Source: Octopus sinensis
Lineage: Eukaryota
NCBI RefSeq assembly: GCF_006345805.1
Contig: NC_043008.1
Coordinates: 78,244,001 to 78,308,000 of the forward strand
DNA length: 64,000 bases
Direction: 5' to 3'
Positions 37,131 through 50,447 of this stretch are shown here, one piece after another; position 1 is the stretch's first letter; each line of letters starts with the position of its first letter. Position numbers and translations under genes: made by a program. The notes beneath the pieces are model-generated. The model worked only from the letters and a program-made list of their open reading frames with translations, was not told the origin of the DNA and did no database searches.

Positions 37131-38515
37131 GGAATTATATTAAGCCTTGAATATCGACTTCTTGAATATCAAAGAGATTTGCCATGATATAGATTTGGAA
37201 GACCCGGAAGAGTAAAGTTCCAAATAGTGATGTAGATTATCAGATAAATCAATGGACAGGGATATTTTTTAAGTGCTAAATATACGAGTAAATCTATTAG
37301 TGTACAATAATTTTGCGCCAATATAAAAGTCACATTAAGCATGACGATGACTAAAATACATTAATTTAATATTAACTGGAAAAAATTACCATCAATATTC
37401 CAGATCAGATATCTTCAGCAAGTTATAAACAATGCAGAGCAGGTACTTAATAGCTCATTGAACCACCAACAGCACTCAAAACAAGACACGGAACAAAACA
37501 AGACACGGTCCATGATTTATTTTTACATTATGACTGGAACTCACAATCATCAAAATTAACAAAAACGTTAAAACGATGTTATATATAATTATATAGAAAT
37601 CAGACTCGATTTGCCACATGAATGACTATGTACATCCTCTTGTGTAAATTTGTTAACCCTTTCCTTTTTCATTCATTGTACGTTCAACTTTTTCATATAC
37701 TCTTACGTAAAACATGGGGCATCCATTCTTTCGACGAAAATAACTCATTTCATATATTAATGTTAAGGCTTCATCAATTTCTTATGAGCTTTTGTCTTCA
37801 ACACTATAACCATAAGTATCTACTTCATTCCTTCTGGCACATTATTCCTCAATTCAGAGAGAGATAATGACTGAATTTTACCATAATGATTTATCATTCA
37901 ATTTATAGAAGAAAAAAGATGTAAACATTTCTGTAACGTTCAGACAGCTCATTCTTATTATGTTCAGGTGTGCCGGACGCTTTGGATAAAGGACTTTTAG
38001 AGCAACAAACAAAATGCCTGTGATTGTGTGTCTGTGCGTGCGTACATGCGTGTGTGTGTGTGTGTGCTTGAGTTCAAATAAAGCAGGGAACTATTTTGTT
38101 CTCCTTAAATCCCCAGATCAGAGACGGAAAAGTTAAAAATTACAACCAGTTATGTAGTGCATTGATGCTTTCTCTTATAGAATGTTTTTTTTCGTTGTGT
38201 CAGGTATAGAAATTAATCTGTAACGTAGTTAATGCTGTGATTTCTGTAAAGAAGCTAGTAAACCAATGAAGTTTAGATTCTTAATTCTTACCGAATTGCT
38301 AATTACTAATATCTATAGGATATATTACTAATATCCATGGGAACTGCATGAAGTGTCATTCCACATTTTCTCGACAACTGTTCTCAAATCTGCATATCAT
38401 ACAATGTTCTCGTTTTCTTTTCCTATAATGAACTCCTGGGCAAGTCATATCGATCAAGAACCATTTCCCTACTGTATTTTTCTCTATCAAAGTTATGTGT
38501 GCCTTTTATGATAAT

Positions 38516-38556
38516 ACTAGCATTATGACCCGGCGTTGCCGGGTCATAGTGCTAGT
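38516..38556. mobile_element. Palindromic Helitron 3'-end signature (hairpin + CTAG on both strands)
   Basis: actagcattatgacccggc-gtt-gccgggtcatagtgctagt. Confidence 0.65.
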
Positions 38557-39689
38557 GTATATATACATGTGTACATATTATATGTACATCTATATATATA
38601 CATCTACACATAAAATACAAAATACAAAGTTATATCTTGATATCGCTAGTGATAACAATACTCAAAATATATAACAGACTGGAATTGTAGGCCGTCTCTT
38701 GAAATTTCGATCAATTGTATCTTGTCCTCCCTCTTGTATAGAAGCGTGGCTACAACCCAGCCTACCTCTACTTCTGGGGGGGGGGGCATCTTTAATTTTT
38801 ATTCGGGACGCCCTACGTCCCAGATATAAAGGTAAAATTAAAATATTTCCACTTTGCAAGGTTCCAGTCGAGTACTCCCTTGCACGCTCCGTTGACTCGA
38901 ACCTTGCTTCTATTGTGGCGAATTTACCCCCCTCTGGTTAGATACTTGATATCTTTCATAGTCGCACCAAGACACTTTTCAATGGTGTTTCCTCCAAGTG
39001 TTCAAATCTTTTATTTTCTCTACATTTTATCGAAGACATTTTAACAAAAATGCTTCCGTGTAAACGGTGAAAATATTGTCAATTTCCCCAAACAGGGACG
39101 CAATTCAATTTTTAAACAATAACCAAAGCTTCTTTCCCAAAGGGGGAGGGTTACGGTTTACAATTATTTAACAAATGCAACACAACAACGCTTCCCTTAC
39201 GAGGAACCAATAAACGTGATAACAATAGTAATAATAATAACAACAAACCTTACGGTGAATCAAAAAACAGTACTCTGTTGAAGCTATAGGCCTTTATGGA
39301 TCAGAAATAAACCAACAGCAGTACTCAGTAGAAGCATCTTTCGAGAAAATAGACATTACATACAGCCAAACTTCATATAGATACTTAATGCTAGCTAATT
39401 AGCAAATAATCTAATGTAAAAGCCGTGCACAGCTCCATCTGGACTATTCAATTTCTGCATTTAAATTTTATTTTTTATTTATTCCCATTCATGTGAAACC
39501 ACTTATTCAAGTTCAAGTCATTGATGCAATTTTATACCAATTGCTATTTTTACTATTAATTGTTATGTTACGATTTAATTATTATATCATACTGTAATTT
39601 GATTTTAATTATTACTTACTACATATAATTCAAGTGTTATTATTATGTCTAATTTTTATTGTTAAAGTGAAAGTATCTGACATAAAATA

Positions 39690-39916
39690 GAGAGATGTTT
39701 TTGTTCACTTTTAACACGTAATACTGAAATAGTGGAGAAGATATGATATTGCTATGGGCTCGCCCTAGGCAAGAAGTTGAACATTTTTCCTCATGAAACT
39801 ACATGGACCCTAAGTAAGGCATGGGTAAAATTTGAATGAAATTGGTTGTGTAGTTCTCAAGTTTTAGGGAAACAGACAGACACACACACACATTCTCAGT
39901 TTTATATATATAGAGA
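39690..39916 (-). mobile_element. Non-autonomous Helitron 5' part
   Basis: rc begins TCTCTATATATATAAAACTGAGAATGTGTGTG, similar to the start of the element at 4182. Confidence 0.6.
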
Positions 39917-39974
39917 TTATTGACAAATAAATGAAATTATTATTATTATTATTATTATTAGCAGCAGCAGCAGC

Positions 39975-40148
39975 ACACCGGTCAAAATACTTAGCGGCCT
40001 TTCGTCTGTCTTCATGTTCCGAGTTCCAATACGCCGAGGTCGACTTTGCCTTTCTTCTCTTTCGGGTCCATAAAATAACTACCAGATGAATACTGAGGTC
40101 GATTACCTTCCCCTACAATTGCTAGCCCTGTGCCAAAATTTGAAACTA
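39975..40148 (+). mobile_element. SINE family B copy with an alternative tail, followed by (TTA)n
   Basis: ccgaggtcgactttgcctttc..gaggtcgatt; ends gccctgtgccaaaatttgaaac. Confidence 0.75.
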
Positions 40149-40183
40149 TTATTATTATTATTATCATTATATTATTATTATTA

Positions 40184-40262
<79 letters not shown>

Positions 40263-40273
40263 TATTATTATTA

Positions 40274-40355
<82 letters not shown>

Positions 40356-40356
40356 G
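40148..40356. repeat. (TTA)n array
   Basis: Direct reading. Confidence 0.95.
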
Positions 40357-40806
40357 AGTGAGTGAGTGAGTGAGTGAGTGACAGATCAGTGCATGCCATC
40401 AAAGTGACACGAGGGTAAAATGTATGAAGTCCAGTATACCCATCATGACTACTCGTCTGATAAGGGTACACCAGGCACATGCATCACAAACATATTTAAG
40501 GATGTTGAACGAAACACCCATGTTTCCAATGGTGAATTATCCAAACACAAAATAATTCCTCTCAACACATGGCTATAATGCACCCCTACTACTTCTGCTC
40601 CTGATCAGAGATGCATATCGTCGGCCACTAAGGGACATGCTCAACTGGTTAAGGTCAAACAACTGACAACCAAATCTGTGATATTAAGCAGAATATTTGC
40701 TGTAACCCATCTTTTATACCAAGACAAAACAATGTACATGGTAACACTTCCAATCAGTTAAGATGAGAAGCCATGAGAGCCACTGCTTGGTACAACATCA
40801 GGGTAT
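40357..40806 (-). mobile_element. Non-coding retroposon-like repeat associated with (TAA)n, copy 1
   Basis: Reverse complement of 45617-46116 with an internal deletion; TAA arrays at both ends. Confidence 0.75.
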
Positions 40807-40819
40807 TTATTATTATTAT

Positions 40820-40895
<76 letters not shown>

Positions 40896-40896
<1 letters not shown>

Positions 40897-43800
40897 TGGC
40901 CCTCAGCCTGTCAAGCTACGCTTTGACATCACTCGTGGATTTTGTAAAGAAAAACACAATACGTGTATTTGTACCTTTCAAGTTTATACCATCGTGGACA
41001 ACAGGTTAATTGCAGTCGAGCGGTGAGTTTATTTTCCTGTTTTGTCCCCCAGCTTGGGGAAACAGATCAATTGATTTTGTTTTTCAGTCAAAGTTGTTTG
41101 CGTTTTCTCCATCAACATGAAGGAAGCACAACAAAACACGGTGATACTCATATGTGAGAGAGGGGTTGAGCGTGAGGAGTGTAACCAAACATCAATAGTA
41201 GAGAGTGCGAGAGTGGTAAACGATGGCGTGCTAGAAAAAGAAAGGTGATAGCTGTACTTTTGTAGAAAAATTAAAAACAAAATGACAGTAGGGCCAATTT
41301 TTTCGACATTGTTCAAAAGAAAAACAATTTCAAAAATGTAAACAATGAGGATCATTTCGTGAGTGAAGCGACAGACAATGTGAATACAACAAGTAACAAG
41401 AAGAACAACAACAGCAACAGCAGTAACAACAAGTACAAGAACAACACCAACAACGGCAAAAGCAACAACATCAGCAGCACCAATAAGAACCACAAAAACA
41501 GCAATAACAAAAGCAACAACAGCGATAAAAACAACGATGGGACTGAGAAACAAGCCGGTACAACGGCTTGGGATAGCTCTAAACTTTCCTTCACTGGAGT
41601 TACCAATTCATCTCTTCAGAGAGTACAATTCTCTGAAGGGAACTTAAAAATGCCAGACAGCTAGTCGAGAGAGACGGAATAGTTTTAAAGCTAATTACCC
41701 CAGGATACGATACGTCGCACAGTGACGTACCGTTCAATCGTATTAAAATCAAAGATGGTAGAAAGTGTCACAGAGGCCTAAATACAATAGGTTCCGTCTG
41801 GAAACTAAAGGAATATATACAGAGAGGAAGGGGCTATGATTGGTGGAGGTCAAATTCCGCACACAGGAGGAAGTGAAATCACAATCTATAAATCTCAAAA
41901 GCGAGGAACTGTTATTGGTTTTTCTCTACTGCGGTCAGAGACTGGCCAAAATCATCATTCAACATGTGCCGCCAGAAATAGCCATTCCTTGGCTAATTTC
42001 TGCAGTAACGATTGGCATCGAGGAAAGCTCGAAAATCCTCGAAGCTTATCAGATCAAAAAGGAAAACTGGTTCGGGATGACGATAAAGCTCCTTATCCAA
42101 ACGACCCAAAAGAATGTGGATCTCATTCCAGACCAGACCCATCATCCTGGAAGCAGCATTATTTCATTCAGGGTGGTTGGAATGAAAGCAATGTGCCACA
42201 TTTGCGTTTCGACTCATCATTAAAAAGCCTTCCACCCTAGATTGAAGGGAAAAGAGAGACAGGTATCTCTCCTCTCTACACCAACAACGGCCACCAGATC
42301 TCCAGCGATAACAGCAACAGTATCATACCGTCAGCTGATTCAGCCGTGACAGCACCATCATCAACAAGCATACCGACACCGAGATTCCCGAAACATTTCT
42401 CAGAACCCGAAGATGTTCTACTCCCCGATGTGGAGCGGGTGGAGAACTTCAGGTAGAGAGTCGGATAGCGATGAGAAGTAGAAGTTAAAAGCAAAAAAAT
42501 GGAAGAGACGGAAAGAAAGAACATTTAGACAAATAACAGCAATCCTCATCGACACGAGAAGAAGAGAAAAATCAAACAAACAAAAGCAAATATACCCAAA
42601 ACAATCATTACATCGAGACCACCATCTCTAACACTTGAAACACAAGCCATCCCACACACAAACTCACAACTACCGTCACAACAGATGCAACAACCTCAAC
42701 AACAACAACAAATATATATATGAGGCCTTTCAGCGGCACTCCGCTCAGCTGTTCGGGAGCAGCGGTGAGTCGGTTCACAGGATTGATTTCACGCCCTAAC
42801 TTGACGGGCTACCACAGCTCTCGGTGATGGAGAAGGAGCGCTGCGAAAGGCAAATAACAGCCATTGAAATACGGGAAGCAATGGCTGACTACACGAGGGG
42901 CAAATCGCCTGCACTGCCCTAAGATCTCTACGCTTACATGCCAGACTTGTTCGGCGACCTATTAAAAAACGTTTACTGCAACTGGCAACAGAATGGGAGA
43001 ATTCCCAGTTTTGTGAACCGAAGATCGGTGGAGTTGTTGAGAAAAGATTCGAACAAAGGGGATTACATTGACAACTTTAAGCCTATAACCATGGTAAATG
43101 CAGAGTTTAAATTTTGGCCACGATATTAGCGATGTGTTTGGTGCTTGTGGTCGGGGATCTGGTAGGGGATGCACAGGTATGTGCCACCCGAAAATATCCA
43201 TCCACTACAACCTCCACCTCTTGCGATACACCATTGAGAAAGTTGCTAAGGAACCTGTCACGGGTGAGACTCTGATCAATTTAGATCAGTCTAAAGCCTT
43301 CGATAGGGTCGACCATCAATAGCTAGCGGCGGTCCTCAAGACAGCTAGTTTCGGGACTGTAGTCAGGAGTTGGATCGCTGCAATTTACAGCGACATCTGT
43401 TCAATGGTCAGAGTGAACGGTCTGCATATATTGCCCCTCTCGTCTCTCTTGCACGTACTGACTCACGAACCACTATTGCATAATCTGGAGGCGTTGAGAG
43501 AAGACATACCGCGTGACCCTGGATGTGGGAGACGCGTGTCAGCATATGCTGACGATGTCACCGTAGTGGTGTCCGATTATAAACACATGATCGGCACCGC
43601 TCTCAGGAACTACGAGACGGTTTCAGAAGCGACAATTAACCAGGAAATATCAGTGGGCTTGCAGCACGGTACCTGGAGAAGCAATTCTATGCTTTCCATC
43701 TGCGTCGTTGGGCACTGAGACGGACGGACCGATTAAATTGCTTGGTGTCTATCTTGTTCCGGACCTCTAAATGGACAAAAACTGGGACGAGGTGACGAGC

Positions 43801-45021
43801 AGGGTGACTACTTTCACCTCGAAATTGTCCGAGAGAAAGCTATACCTGAAAGGTCGGGCAGAAGTGGCTAATGCGTATATCGCGGCCGTCATCTACTATC
43901 GCTTGACCGTCGTGCCTTGACCTGGCCACCATCTATTCACGCAGGAGCGTATACTCTTTCGCCCCGTATGGAAGGGACGTGTCCCGATGGTCAGGCGGTC
44001 GATCTGCTGTCAACACCCGCTACATGGAGGCCTGGGCATACCGCGATTGATGATGCGCAGATATGCGCTGAGGCTACGACACCTCCAGTGCTTCCTTGGC
44101 TGTGAACAGGTGTGGTCGCCGTTCGCCAGACATATTTCGACAGCAAGTTTCTTTACCGGAGCTGCAGTCCTGAGTAAAACAGAGACTGAGGGGAGCATTT
44201 GAAAAGTGAAATGTCTTCAAGCGCTCACAGCCCTCAGGCAGTCAGTGCGATAGGTGGAAATCCACTTTAGCCGTTTATAGAGGATTAGCGGTGGAAAAGT
44301 GCGACGACGTTCTTGGGGAGACCTTGAGCGTGATAAACTTTACAGGTACGGAAGTGCTGTCAGCTGAGCATATCCGACATGTGCGCAGGATGACAAAACG
44401 GTCCTGCATGCTCGAGCATTGTTGACGTGTAGGTCGCATGTGGGACACCTGTCGTCGCATGTGGGATGGATCCGGATGTCAAGTGAATCCATCGTGAAGA
44501 TCGCCTCGCTGCATTCCTTTAACCGGGAAGAAGTTGTTTTTATATGCCTGACCATCGCGAAAGAGATTGTATGGTGGTCGAGATTGAAGGGAGTGAAGTA
44601 AAACACTTTTCTCTGTGGCCAAACCCTAATCAACTTCTTCAAGTTTCACTTGGAAAGGGAAATAAGGGTAGAGAGGAAAGTGTTTTCTTCTAGCCAGTTA
44701 GCAAAAAGGTGGATGAAAGTGGCGAGAATGGTGCGAGTGAACGGGCTTGGCCTGCGCATAAGCCTGTAGTTGGAAATGTGGAAAGGAAAAAAGGCACCTG
44801 CACCAAGATTCAAGGTACTCATGGTTTTTATGGGGTTTTTCTATAAGCAGCCTTCGTACGTCTTCTCCCTATTGAGGATTACAAATGTTGATTCCTCCTC
44901 ACTTTTTTTTTATTATTCTTGTTTACACGTAAAACCTTCACAGCAACACTCACACACATATTCTTTGTTTTTGTCCTGTACTGTCTTTCTTAATGTAAAC
45001 CCTTGTGGTTAATAAAGAAAT
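40896..45021 (+). mobile_element. Degenerate Tx1-like LINE (copy B); endonuclease region deleted
   Basis: Asn-rich and ORF1-like pieces 41340-42700; RT from CEAFQRH at about 42720, NWQQNGRIP, DQSKAFDRVDH, AYADD, ICCQHPL. 3' end cccttgtggttaataaagaaat + (ATT)n. Confidence 0.85.
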
Positions 45022-45023
45022 CA

Positions 45024-45067
<44 letters not shown>

Positions 45068-45077
45068 ATTATTATTA

Positions 45078-45148
<71 letters not shown>

Positions 45149-45149
45149 A

Positions 45150-45616
45150 AGACCAAAACAATAAAGTTTCCTTATTGATCGATATGAGCATCCCCTGTGA
45201 TCATAATATCTCAGCGAAAGAGTTTGACAAGCTCAGAAAATATAAAGACCTACTCATTGAAATTGAGAAAATGTGGCATCTCAAGGCGGTTACAATACCA
45301 GTGATCGTAGGAGCACTAGGAATGATCAAGAAGGGAACCGAAAATTATATGAGAATGATCCCTGGCTTATCATCCCTGCAAGAAGTGCAAAAGATTGTCT
45401 TAACTGGTACATCACACGTATTGAGAAGAGCATTGTCGATGTGAGAACTGTTGCTGCTCATGTATTTTAATTTAACTTAAAAAAAAAATGAACGAACTAT
45501 TGAGTTTGGTTTAATGGCCTACCAATGTATACTATGAGTTTCTTTGCCCTAGGAGTCGGGAAGACACTCGGCAAGAAATGGAAGCAAATTTGAAAGAAGA
45601 AAAAATAAATAAATAA
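45150..45616 (+). mobile_element. 3' fragment of a second Dong/R4-like family (REL endonuclease C-terminus)
   Basis: LIDMSIP.D.NIS.KE.DKL.KYKDL.IEI..MW....IPVIVGALG; preceded by (TTA)n. Confidence 0.85.
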
Positions 45617-46116
45617 ATGCCCTGATGCAGTACCAGGCAGTGGCTCTCATGGCTTCTCATCTTAACTGATTGGAAGCGTTACCATGTACTTCGTTTTGTC
45701 TTGGTATAAAAGATGGGCTACAGTAAATATTCTGCTCAACACCACAGATTTGGTTGTCAGTTGTTTGACCTTAACCAGTTGATCATGTCCCTTAGTGGCT
45801 GACGATATGTGGATCTCTGATCGTGAGCAGAAGTAGTAGTGGAGCATCATAGCCATGTGTTGAGAGGAATTCTTTGAGGTTTGGATAATTCACCTTCGGA
45901 AACGTGGGTTACTCGACCGGAAGAAAATTGTAACTAGGCCCAACCTGCAAGGTCATGTGCTGTTTATCTTGATATGAGATCACCATGTCGTGCACATATG
46001 GTTGTGATGCATGTGCCTGGTGTACACATATCAGACGGGTAGTCATGATGGGTATACTGGGCTTCGTATATTTTACTCCAGTGTCACTTTGATTGCATGC
46101 ACTGCTCTCTCACTCA
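45617..46116 (+). mobile_element. Non-coding retroposon-like repeat associated with (TAA)n, copy 2
   Basis: gccctgatgcagtaccaggcagtggctc...ctctctcactc followed by aataataa. Confidence 0.75.
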
Positions 46117-46134
46117 ATAATAACAATAAAAATT

Positions 46135-48200
46135 ACTTGCTTGGCTTTTGCTTTGTATTTTTAAAAGCTGACGCCAAGTCTCACACAGAGCACCCCAGAG
46201 ACAACAAGTCAGAAGTTCAAGTTGGTATCATGACTAGAGTTCCATATTTTGGGGTTTGCACAGAGTATTGTTCTGGAGAATGTCTGTGGAAACAAGAAAA
46301 TTAGAAGTTTGTTTTAAAAGTAATTTTGTTATAAGATTTTAAGATGACGATAAAAGGTGGTTTTGCTATTATGTACATTTAAAAGTACTTTTGACAATGT
46401 TTACAGGATAAAATTTTGGAGAATTATATAGGCAATATTTTTCATAGGATATGAGCAGTTCCCATGAGCATTATCCTCTTTAATTCCTTTCAATTTTGGA
46501 TTTCCTGATATCTTCGGTAGCTGGCCCCTTTTGCTATCATTCTAAGAGTAACTATGACAAGTATTGTTTTAGTCCTGAGCGTCCACATTTTGCCAATTTC
46601 TATTGCAAGGTCTTCGTATTTATTCGGTGTTTGGTAGCTCCTGACAGATACATTTATGCCGATTGGGACAGTTTTATCGCTGAGGAGGCATGGTTTTTGT
46701 CTGAAATCCCTCAATATAATGTCTGGCCAATTTGCAGCTATCTTTCTGTCAGTTTGAACAGTAAAGTTCCAAAGGAGCGAGATGTGATCCTTTTCAAGCA
46801 CTGGAGGTGGTTTATGTTCCCACTGGTTTTTATCCAGGTCTTTTCAAAATACACTGTAAATATACTGTGCTGCTCTATCATGCCTGTTAAGATACTCTGT
46901 AGGTGCAAGAAGGCTGCACATAGAAACAGCATGATCGATGGTTCCAGCCTGTTGTTTGTGCTACACGACAGTTTGTGCTACTGTCGTTCTTTAAGATGTT
47001 GGCCCTGTAACGTCTTGTAGGTAGGCACTGATCCTGGGATGCTATGATAAAACCTTCTGTCTCTGATTTTAAGCTAGAAGACGCTAACCATTGATGGGTA
47101 AGGCCGTTGTTAACATCGGCATTACTATCTTTCTTTGAGTATTTGCCATTGAGAGATTTTTCTTGCCATTTATCAGTAAGAATATCTAAGGCAGCAGTTT
47201 TAATACGGGCTTTCCTACGCTTAGCTATTTCTGTGCTTAATTCCAATACGTCTGATTTGGGGATTTGCTGTATTTGGAAGCCACTTAGATATTTCCTTGC
47301 CAGATTTGTTATTGAGTATGTGGATTTCTTGATTTCATGCTTTAAGACAAATTCATACATGAAGTCAGCAGAGTTTTTCAGCTAGGTGTTTAGGCGAATT
47401 GTGACAGTCTTCATTGTCAATTCAAGTTGTAAAATTCCACAGCCGCCCTTTTTTCCTGGCAAGTAAAGTAGTTCTAGATCAGTCTGGGGGTAGTGCATTC
47501 TAGTCAACAATTTTCGAATTATTCTATCAAGCTTACAAATTTCAGTAATTGACCAGTTAATAATATTGAAACTGTAAGTCACGACCGGTATGGCTAAAGT
47601 ATTAATCGCTTCGATCCTGTTTCTTTCCTTTAGCTCTGTCTTGAGTATTGCCCTTATCCAGCGCTAACATTCCTTCTGATCTTTTCCCTCGTCATTGGAC
47701 GTTTGATTTCATCACTTCCATATACCTGAAGTATTTGTAACTCTCCTGTAGTTCTAACCCCTTTATAACATTCTGTTGTTCAAGTTTAACTTTCGATGTT
47801 TCACTTTCCTTCTGATAAAGGTAGCTTTTGCATACCTATCTGGGCCAAATTCCATCCTGATGTCATCGCTGAACAGTTTTACAATTGCTAGTGAGTCCTG
47901 TAGTTGCTAGTCATTTTTTGCAAAGATCTTTAAATCATCCACGTAAAAAGAGATCATTTATAATTTTAACAAAAATCTTATCGTCACATATTTCATGTGC
48001 AATTTCATCAAGCAATTTGGAAAGATATATTAAGCCGAAACAGAAGAGGAGTGGTGATAGAGAGTCACCCTGGAAAATTCCACATGAAATTCATTCTTAC
48101 ATCCCCCAGCATTCAAATATTCCTTCTCACTATTCAAAACCAGTGTAGCTTGCTACCATAGGACCCACGTCTACATATTTTATACTCATTAGGGAAGGTG
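46135..48200 (-). mobile_element. Older degenerate Dong-like element related to 36-2245
   Basis: ORFs 46490-46801, 46887-47360 and 47382-47582 parallel those of copy 1; GIFQGDSLSPLLF near 48050. Confidence 0.88.
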
Positions 48201-49354
48201 ACACTTTCTATTGCCTTCTGTCTACAATGTTTTGAAAGAAGCTTATACTTTTGCATGAGTTATTATTAGATTTGTATGTAAATTGTACTGAACTTTAAGA
48301 GTATTTACTAAATAGCGATCGTCATGTGAATCCTGAAAAACTAATCAGTAATCACCGAATTTGTATCATTGATTTGACAAAGTAAAATATTCTACTTTTC
48401 CGACTGAGAATTTCGACGCTCAGTTTAAGGGAAAACATGATGCACAGTCTAAGACAGCTGGGTTTCACTGCTTTGTTTTACTATTTCTAATATTTTAAAA
48501 GTAATTTACAAATTATTCAAATGAAAAAGCCTTATTTACCCAATGGCACCGGCTTCTTCTGAAGTGTTCGATTGAAATGAAGCTTTGTGGTGGTTGAGAA
48601 ATTATAACTAAATTTATAAAATATTTTTAAAAAGACACAAATAAATCAAAAGTATTTTGCTCAGAATATCACTTGAAAATATTTTAAAATATCATGTCTG
48701 CGTCTAGCTTTTAATGAAGTCGTCAGTTAATCAAACGATGAGGCGAAATACAATAAAACATGTAACCTTGGGGATTTGAACGGTTCCATATCGAGTAAGT
48801 TTTCAACTGTAATGTAATGAATCATGAGGTTTACGATATGTTCAATATCACTTCTAATTCTCGAGTTTTGGTACTTCTTATTTAAATGTAAGAAAATACT
48901 AACACAGGAAACGAATTGGGATAGTTATTACAGTGTCGGACAGAATGTTTTGCGGTATATTTTCGTCAAATTCCCTCTTTATCCTTTCAGGGTCTATAGA
49001 AAGTACCATTCAAAGGCGATGAGCTGATGGAACTATAAGAACGTCAGACGGAATGCCTTGTGGTATTTACATCGGCTCTCTGCGTTCTCGACCAAAATCC
49101 TCTATGGCCTACGTAAAGTGACCCCTGATTATAAAATGGTGTCTTGGGTATCTTTTGCGGAGTCCACTCTGGTTCTCCCGATTGGACCATGTTCCTGATT
49201 TGAGCATACTTTCCTCCTTCCCAACCACCAATCTTGGAGGTACTGATTTCCCCCTTTCTAAAAGAGAAAAGCAATTTACCTATACGTATGTATTAACTAT
49301 CTTTTTATTCCAGTATCAAAATTCAGACGCGTCCTATAAATAGAGATATAGTAC

Positions 49355-49442
49355 GTACGTACATACATACAATCATACATACAATCAACATACATAGATA
49401 CATACATACATACATACATACATACATACATACATACATACA

Positions 49443-49472
<30 letters not shown>
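49355..49472. repeat. (TACA)n microsatellite
   Basis: Direct reading. Confidence 0.9.
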
Positions 49473-49473
<1 letters not shown>

Positions 49474-49559
49474 TGAAAAGTTTGTAATATTTATGGCCTC
49501 TGAGGAAATGTTTCTTAATTAACGACAGGAAGCCCCTAGCTACGTTGGTAGAAACTTCT

Positions 49560-50330
49560 GGTTTGAAAGTGGGGAAAAAAAAAACATAATTTTCCTATAC
49601 CTAATCGTTATGGAGTTAGGAGAGGGTGTTTGGGGAACATTCATATACGTGAGCTTCTCAGTAAACCTGCTCGGTGTAGTTGGGGTGGCCCTATTAAAGA
49701 TCTGCCTGTTGGCTGAAAGATTAGATGCTCGTTTGCAAATACCTGAAACCAGCTTCCAAATTAGATCGGGAAAATGGGGTTGAGCTCTTCGTTAGTATTC
49801 CTATAGGGGTAATACGAGCCCGTGTTCAGGTCTAAGATTACGTCCAAGAAATCGATCGTAGTCAGATTGGTACTAACCGTTATGGAGAGGCCGAAATCCT
49901 TGGATATTTTATTAAGTCCTTCCTGAACCTGTCTAAGGGGCGGCCGTTCATATCCCGTCGTCCCTATAGAGAGCCAACTCTTGAGGGTGTCCAAAATGTA
50001 TAACTCGAAAAAGTCAGCGATATCAGCCCCGTCAAAGCTCCCCATAGAGACATCGAACAATGAATCCACTGCTCTTTTCACACAGAAGGAATAGCCATGG
50101 ACCAGTATTGACTTTCTGGCATTCATAATGATTCTGATATCAAGATCACTAATGTTGGTGTGTTACTCAACAAAAGTTAGGACCTTCAAAAGGAGGGACT
50201 TAGTTATGAAAGGGTAGAAGTCAATAATGTCGAACCGTGTGAATCTGCAGGCTGGTTTATTCTCGATACCGCAGAGCCATTCGATCACGACTGCGCTGGA
50301 GTCTCATTGAGTCAACCCTGTATCCCTTCT
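49560..50330 (-). mobile_element. Naiad-type PLE RT fragment
   Basis: FTRFDIIDFYP, FDVSMGSFDGA, IDFLDVILDLNTGSYYPYR. Confidence 0.8.
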
Positions 50331-50447
50331 ATATAAATATATATATATATCTGTGTGTGTGTGTGTGTATGTGTGTGTACATACATATATACATGCACAG
50401 CTATACACGCACACGCAGGCTCATACACACATACATTCGAATATGTA

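Noticed and set aside
38662-39060. Possible PLE RT N-terminal relic (also 63880-64000)
   Set aside because: Similarity limited to a few residues; not enough to call.
45617-45760. HDV-like ribozyme at the 5' end of the TAA-associated repeat
   Set aside because: Could not assemble the nested double pseudoknot by eye.
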